From NCBI GenBank assembly GCA_964252035.1, contig OZ176202.1: DNA of 64,000 bases. One strand, written 5' to 3'. The stretch comes from Podarcis erhardii. Taxonomy: Eukaryota. The notes beneath the pieces were generated by a model. That model saw nothing but the letters and a program-made list of their open reading frames with translations, was not told the origin of the DNA and did no database searches. This document shows positions 59,536 to 64,000 of the stretch, piece after piece; positions within the stretch are counted from its first letter, which is position 1; each line of letters opens with the position of its first letter. The position numbers were made by a program, and so were the translations under genes.

Positions 59536-62529
59536 TACAGCAGACTCCTTGTGGGAGCAACAGCACCCTCTGCAAGCCCTCCAAACATTTTACTCTCTTT
59601 GTGCAGCAGAGCAATTATTTCTTTACCTGATATTGATTTAATGCATTTTTGTTCAGGGTGGCTAGATTATTCTATTTCTGGTCTGTGTTACATTAATGTG
59701 TGCTCATTCATAAGTTCATTATATTCCATTTCCACATCAATCTGCAATCTTTTAAAGAGAAATGGGGAGGAAAATTAAAAATTAAATCACTCTTTAAATT
59801 TATTAAAATGCATATTTTATCTCACTGTTTGCCTTTCTAAGTGTGTACACATACACTTAGCTTAGAATTGTATTGCAAGACTCAGAGAAAAAAATCCAAA
59901 GGACACCTGATAGGGTGGGCAGATCAGGTCAGGTTGCATCAGACTTCACAGAAACTGAATTCCGCAAGAGTCCTTCATTATTATTTTTTAGCCCACTTTT
60001 CTGCCAAAAGCAGTTTACAATTTTAAATGCATTCTCTACAATCTTATGGATGCAGGGAGAGCATACCAGGGGCCAGGAGGGAAAGAGATGGACCTGAAGA
60101 ATCCAAATCGTACTAAACAGAGGAGCAGAGTTATCTCTGGCTGACCAACGGCCCCTTCAGGATCTGATGACATAGGGACATCAGCACAAAGTGGATGCCA
60201 CGTCAGAGCCAACCTGATGTTCTTGCCACTGTGCCCACATTGCACCAAATGCCCTGCTGCCTCATCCCTCACCTTCTTTCTTGTGGTAACTGGCAGGAAT
60301 GCACAGAATTGGGAAGTCAGGTGAGCAATACTGCCTTGCCCCAAGAGCCACTACTGCTGCTACTCAGGATCTTTCAACCAGAAGACCTGGGGGATTAAAT
60401 CTGAATGTTCACACTATCGCTCTGTCAGTCACACTGATCACACTATCAGTCACAAATTCCAGGTGTTTTGGTCAACCCAGTTAATGCCCATTTCACAATG
60501 CACTGAGAGGGCCAGTTTCCACCTCAGTCCTTGCTTCCAAAATTAGAAGACTCTCAGAGATGAAGGAAAACCCTATTTTTTGCCTCCTGTCACACAGACA
60601 ATGGAGGATTGGCATTCATGGGAAATTCGGCTATGAATTCCGCTGCAATTGTATCCAAAGGACTTCAATCTTTCCATCTCATCAGGTTTCAATTAAACTT
60701 TCAAAATCCAAAGATGACGCATTCATACTGGACCATTCATGCACAAAGTAATATTTATTGGCATAGATTAATTAACTCAATTTTACAGATCTTGGCCAAT
60801 GTGAAAGTCTTAAGTGTCTTCAGTTCCAAGTGGATAAGGAGACTGAAGGATTCCCAAAAATTGGTAATGGAATCAGAGCTTTTCAGTACAGGATCATGAA
60901 TTCAAGCCTAGCCTGACTTGCTGGTGATTGAAAGATGTTATTGCCTTTTACAGATGTTTGGTTGCCATAGTGAGCTAAGTTAATGTTTGCAAGCTCAGTT
61001 CTTAGCAAGCAGAAATCTGTGTGCCAAAAAACCATCACTGTAAATGGAACTACCTCTATTTCATGTCATATCTCAGGCCAAATTTGAATGACATGGAGAA
61101 CATAATGTAGAAAGGGAGAAAGGAGATTGTCAAAAAGTAGGAATCAGTGGGAGACATTTATGCAATTAGGTATGCTTTAAACAAAAATGCTGGATACATT
61201 TGACTAATGTTGTCAGATTCTGGCTGGTTAAATAACAATGATTTTAAAATTATTTAGAGATAATGGTTGTCTTAAAATTTTGTAACCTAGCTTGAGATTA
61301 CCGAATGATACGTATACTAAAAATTGTCCAAACAGATTAAATCAGTCAATTAATCAAGCAAGCACAGCCCAACAAAAAATTCTCTAATAATGACATAAAA
61401 ACAGGTAGCACTAGAAAATATCCATCTATTTAGATTATATATTTGAAATACAAGCAGCATATAACATGCCACAAGTGGCAATTACAATGACATGCTGCAG
61501 TGCGTTGAGTGCTGCTAATTCAGAGTACTACCTGGTTCCAACCAGCCAATGGTGTTTACAGATCACAGATACAGAGGTGTGGAATGCCCTTGACTAATTT
61601 CCTTGCTCCTTTTTTAAAAAAATCCTTCGAAATTTCACTTGAATTTCTGCTTTGAAATGTCACATCAGACAAAATTCAATGGCAGCTCTAGTTTCCATTT
61701 TCCACACCTTTTGGCATGGGATCAGACATATCACACAGATTTATCCCTCAGCTGACTCTTCCAGAAGCAGGAAAGGGGAAAGACGGACCCACAAGTGCAA
61801 GGTAGAAAGCTGAAGAGCCCAGTCTGAACTTGGCAAGATCTGTGTGACCACACAGATAGGCCAGTTCTAATGAATAACATCTCTGTATTGATTTGAATTC
61901 ACTTCTTAATTACATCAATTGATCAATGAACACTTTTAGGCCTGCTGTTTACCAAGCAAGATGGAAAATATAGCTGAAAAGCAGAAGTTCTGGTGTCACA
62001 GGAGAGGCCCCGTTTTTGTGATATTCGAAGCCAGATCCAAATCTTGCCAAACATGTTGTTCTCATAAGTTTCATTGCCCACGGTCACAAGCCAAAAGTTC
62101 TGCATTTCAGAGATCAGAAATCTCTTTCCATGCATTCTTAAGTAGACAGCAGTCCTGTCAGGATGTAGACTCTGGACTGACCTTCCTCAACATGGTTCTC
62201 TCTAGATGTTTTGGGCTACAAACCCATTAGAGGTGTTGTTTGTAGGCTGCAGGGCTGCCCAGCTTAGTTGTGTTTTGGAGGGGGCTGCATTTGCCAGAGG
62301 GATTAGATTTCTAAGTCTTGTATACAGCACTGACTCAGGAGACACAAGTGGTCTTTGTTGCTCCGAGCACCTTTTATCATCTTAGATTAACTGTGACACT
62401 AAGTGGACAGAGATCGCCTTGCTTCAGTTGTCCGCCTCTAATTCTGATTAGTGCAAACTTCAGCTGGTTCAAGTAGGGCAGCAAGATTTCTAACTGGGAC
62501 TGACTCATACTATCATTATGCCAGGAGTT

Positions 62530-62990
62530 GGCCACCTACACTGGCTCCCAGTCCATTTCTGGTGCCAATTCTGGGTGCTGATATTACTTTAAAGCCCTAA
62601 GCAGTTTGGGCCAAGTAACCTAAACTCCTGCTTCTGCCCATATACACCTATTTGAACCTTCAGATAATCTTGTGAGGCTCTTACCTGAGGCATGGCAGGT
62701 GGCTGCTAAAGAGAAAGCTTTGTCAGTGGTGACATCACACTTATGCAAAGCTCTCTCCAGAGAGGTTCAGCTGATGCCATTGTTGAAGACCCTTTTACTT
62801 TCCTGGGCTTTTCAATCATGGAACTTTTGTTTTCAAGGCCCTTTGTAATTATATCATTCTCTCTTGGAGATTTTACTCTGGTTTTATTCTGTTTTAGATT
62901 TTACATTTATATTTCATTTTCATAGCTTTCATTTTTACTTGTAAATTGTCCAGAGAACTTTCACCATTGGATTGCATATAAATACTGTAA
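62530..62990 (+). mobile_element. Old L2 3' remnant with UTR and tail
   Basis: CACCTACACTGGCTCCCAGTCCATTTC translates HLHWLPVHF; TTTAAAGCCCTA and GCTTTGTCAGTGGTG motifs parallel the young L2. Confidence 0.7.
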
Positions 62991-64000
62991 GAACATTATC
63001 TGTTGTAACATCTTTTTGATAAATATGTAGAGAGGACCAGAGTAGACATTGCTGACACTATATTCCATTTCCTAAAACAGATCAAATTATAACTCATTGA
63101 AAGGAGAGGGGGTAGTTCCTTCCTTTTGGGAATGGCCCTGTTAGCTACCAAGCTTATAGAAGAGGGTTGTGTTTTAGCTAAACTGGGCAGTTTGGGTTGA
63201 GGATTCATTAATTCACTAAACCCATCTCCAGACTTTTAGCCAATGCTTTGAGCATTGCCCCCAAACCTTCTAGCAAAAGCAGAGTCATATTCTGCTGCTC
63301 TGCCTTTCCTTGTGCCTTAACCTTCTGGAAGTTCACAAATCATGGCTTTGAAAAACTGATTTATTTTATTTTTGTCTCTGCTTTTAGTCATGTTTTCCCA
63401 TATTCTTTTGCTTCTTTGCTTCTGTACCGCAGCAATGTATTTCCTCATGGAAGAATGTGAAGAAAGAAGGCAATCCTGAGCATAAACAAGATTTATGCTT
63501 CAAAGGAGATCCTGTATTATCATCTTACAAGTCTAAACAACTCAGTACAGCCTAGCCAGGGATCTGTCAGCATTAAGCTTTTCAGCAACAGGGAAATGGG
63601 TCTCCCTGTGTTCTCTGTGATGGTACATACTGCTAAGGAGCACATCCCATTTATAAAAACATTATTTTACTTTTGAACTGATATATCACAAGTTGATTAC
63701 TGATCTAACATTTCACCCACTAATACAAATATATAGTGGAAAACACAGGCATCCTTCACCCAAGCAGTGTTTTTTTTAAATTTCCAGTAGATCTGAATTT
63801 TCTTTCATACCAATCAGTCTATAGAAACAGGGCCGCTATTTAATGTTGTCCACCAGGTCATTTGAACTGTGATGATACAATGAGCTGTACCCAATTGTGT
63901 CCTTGCATTCAAGGTTCTTTGATGCAACAGAAGTTCTGTGAATGGAAAGGGATACAGGTGATTTTAACTGATTGCCCCTTCTCTGTTCAGAGACCCTTCT

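Noticed and set aside
60163-60190. CTGATGA hammerhead or C/D-box-like motif (also at 48524)
   Set aside because: No stem II followed by GAAA, and no paired terminal stem or C-box partner.

Overview
Vertebrate nuclear DNA from a squamate, most likely a lacertid lizard (inferred from Sauria SINEs, young BovB, L2 and CR1 LINEs, and lizard-type MITEs). I found no host protein-coding gene, tRNA or rRNA gene, CRISPR array or viral ORF. Almost all listed ORFs are chance ORFs; the only recognisable proteins are retrotransposon fragments: the L2 ORF2 C-terminus at 17523-18089, two BovB 3' ends, several CR1 pieces and an RT fragment from a second RTE lineage. The window reads as intergenic or deep-intronic DNA dense in transposon relics, with a 200-N scaffold gap at 20244-20443. 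Repeat-free, motif-rich islands look like conserved non-coding elements. The most notable signals are: a gap-free 59-bp-stem hairpin (55066-55184) whose imperfections are mostly G-U wobbles on the + strand; Penelope-type hammerhead-ribozyme remnants (21708, 56366); a dense MEIS/TALE-site cluster (23440-23833); a CpG-retaining island with a frame-preserving 102-nt candidate exon (46989-47090); and several short templated duplications at insertion junctions. I cannot support a new biological system from this sequence alone. TE family names are assigned from memory of consensus motifs, not from a database search.
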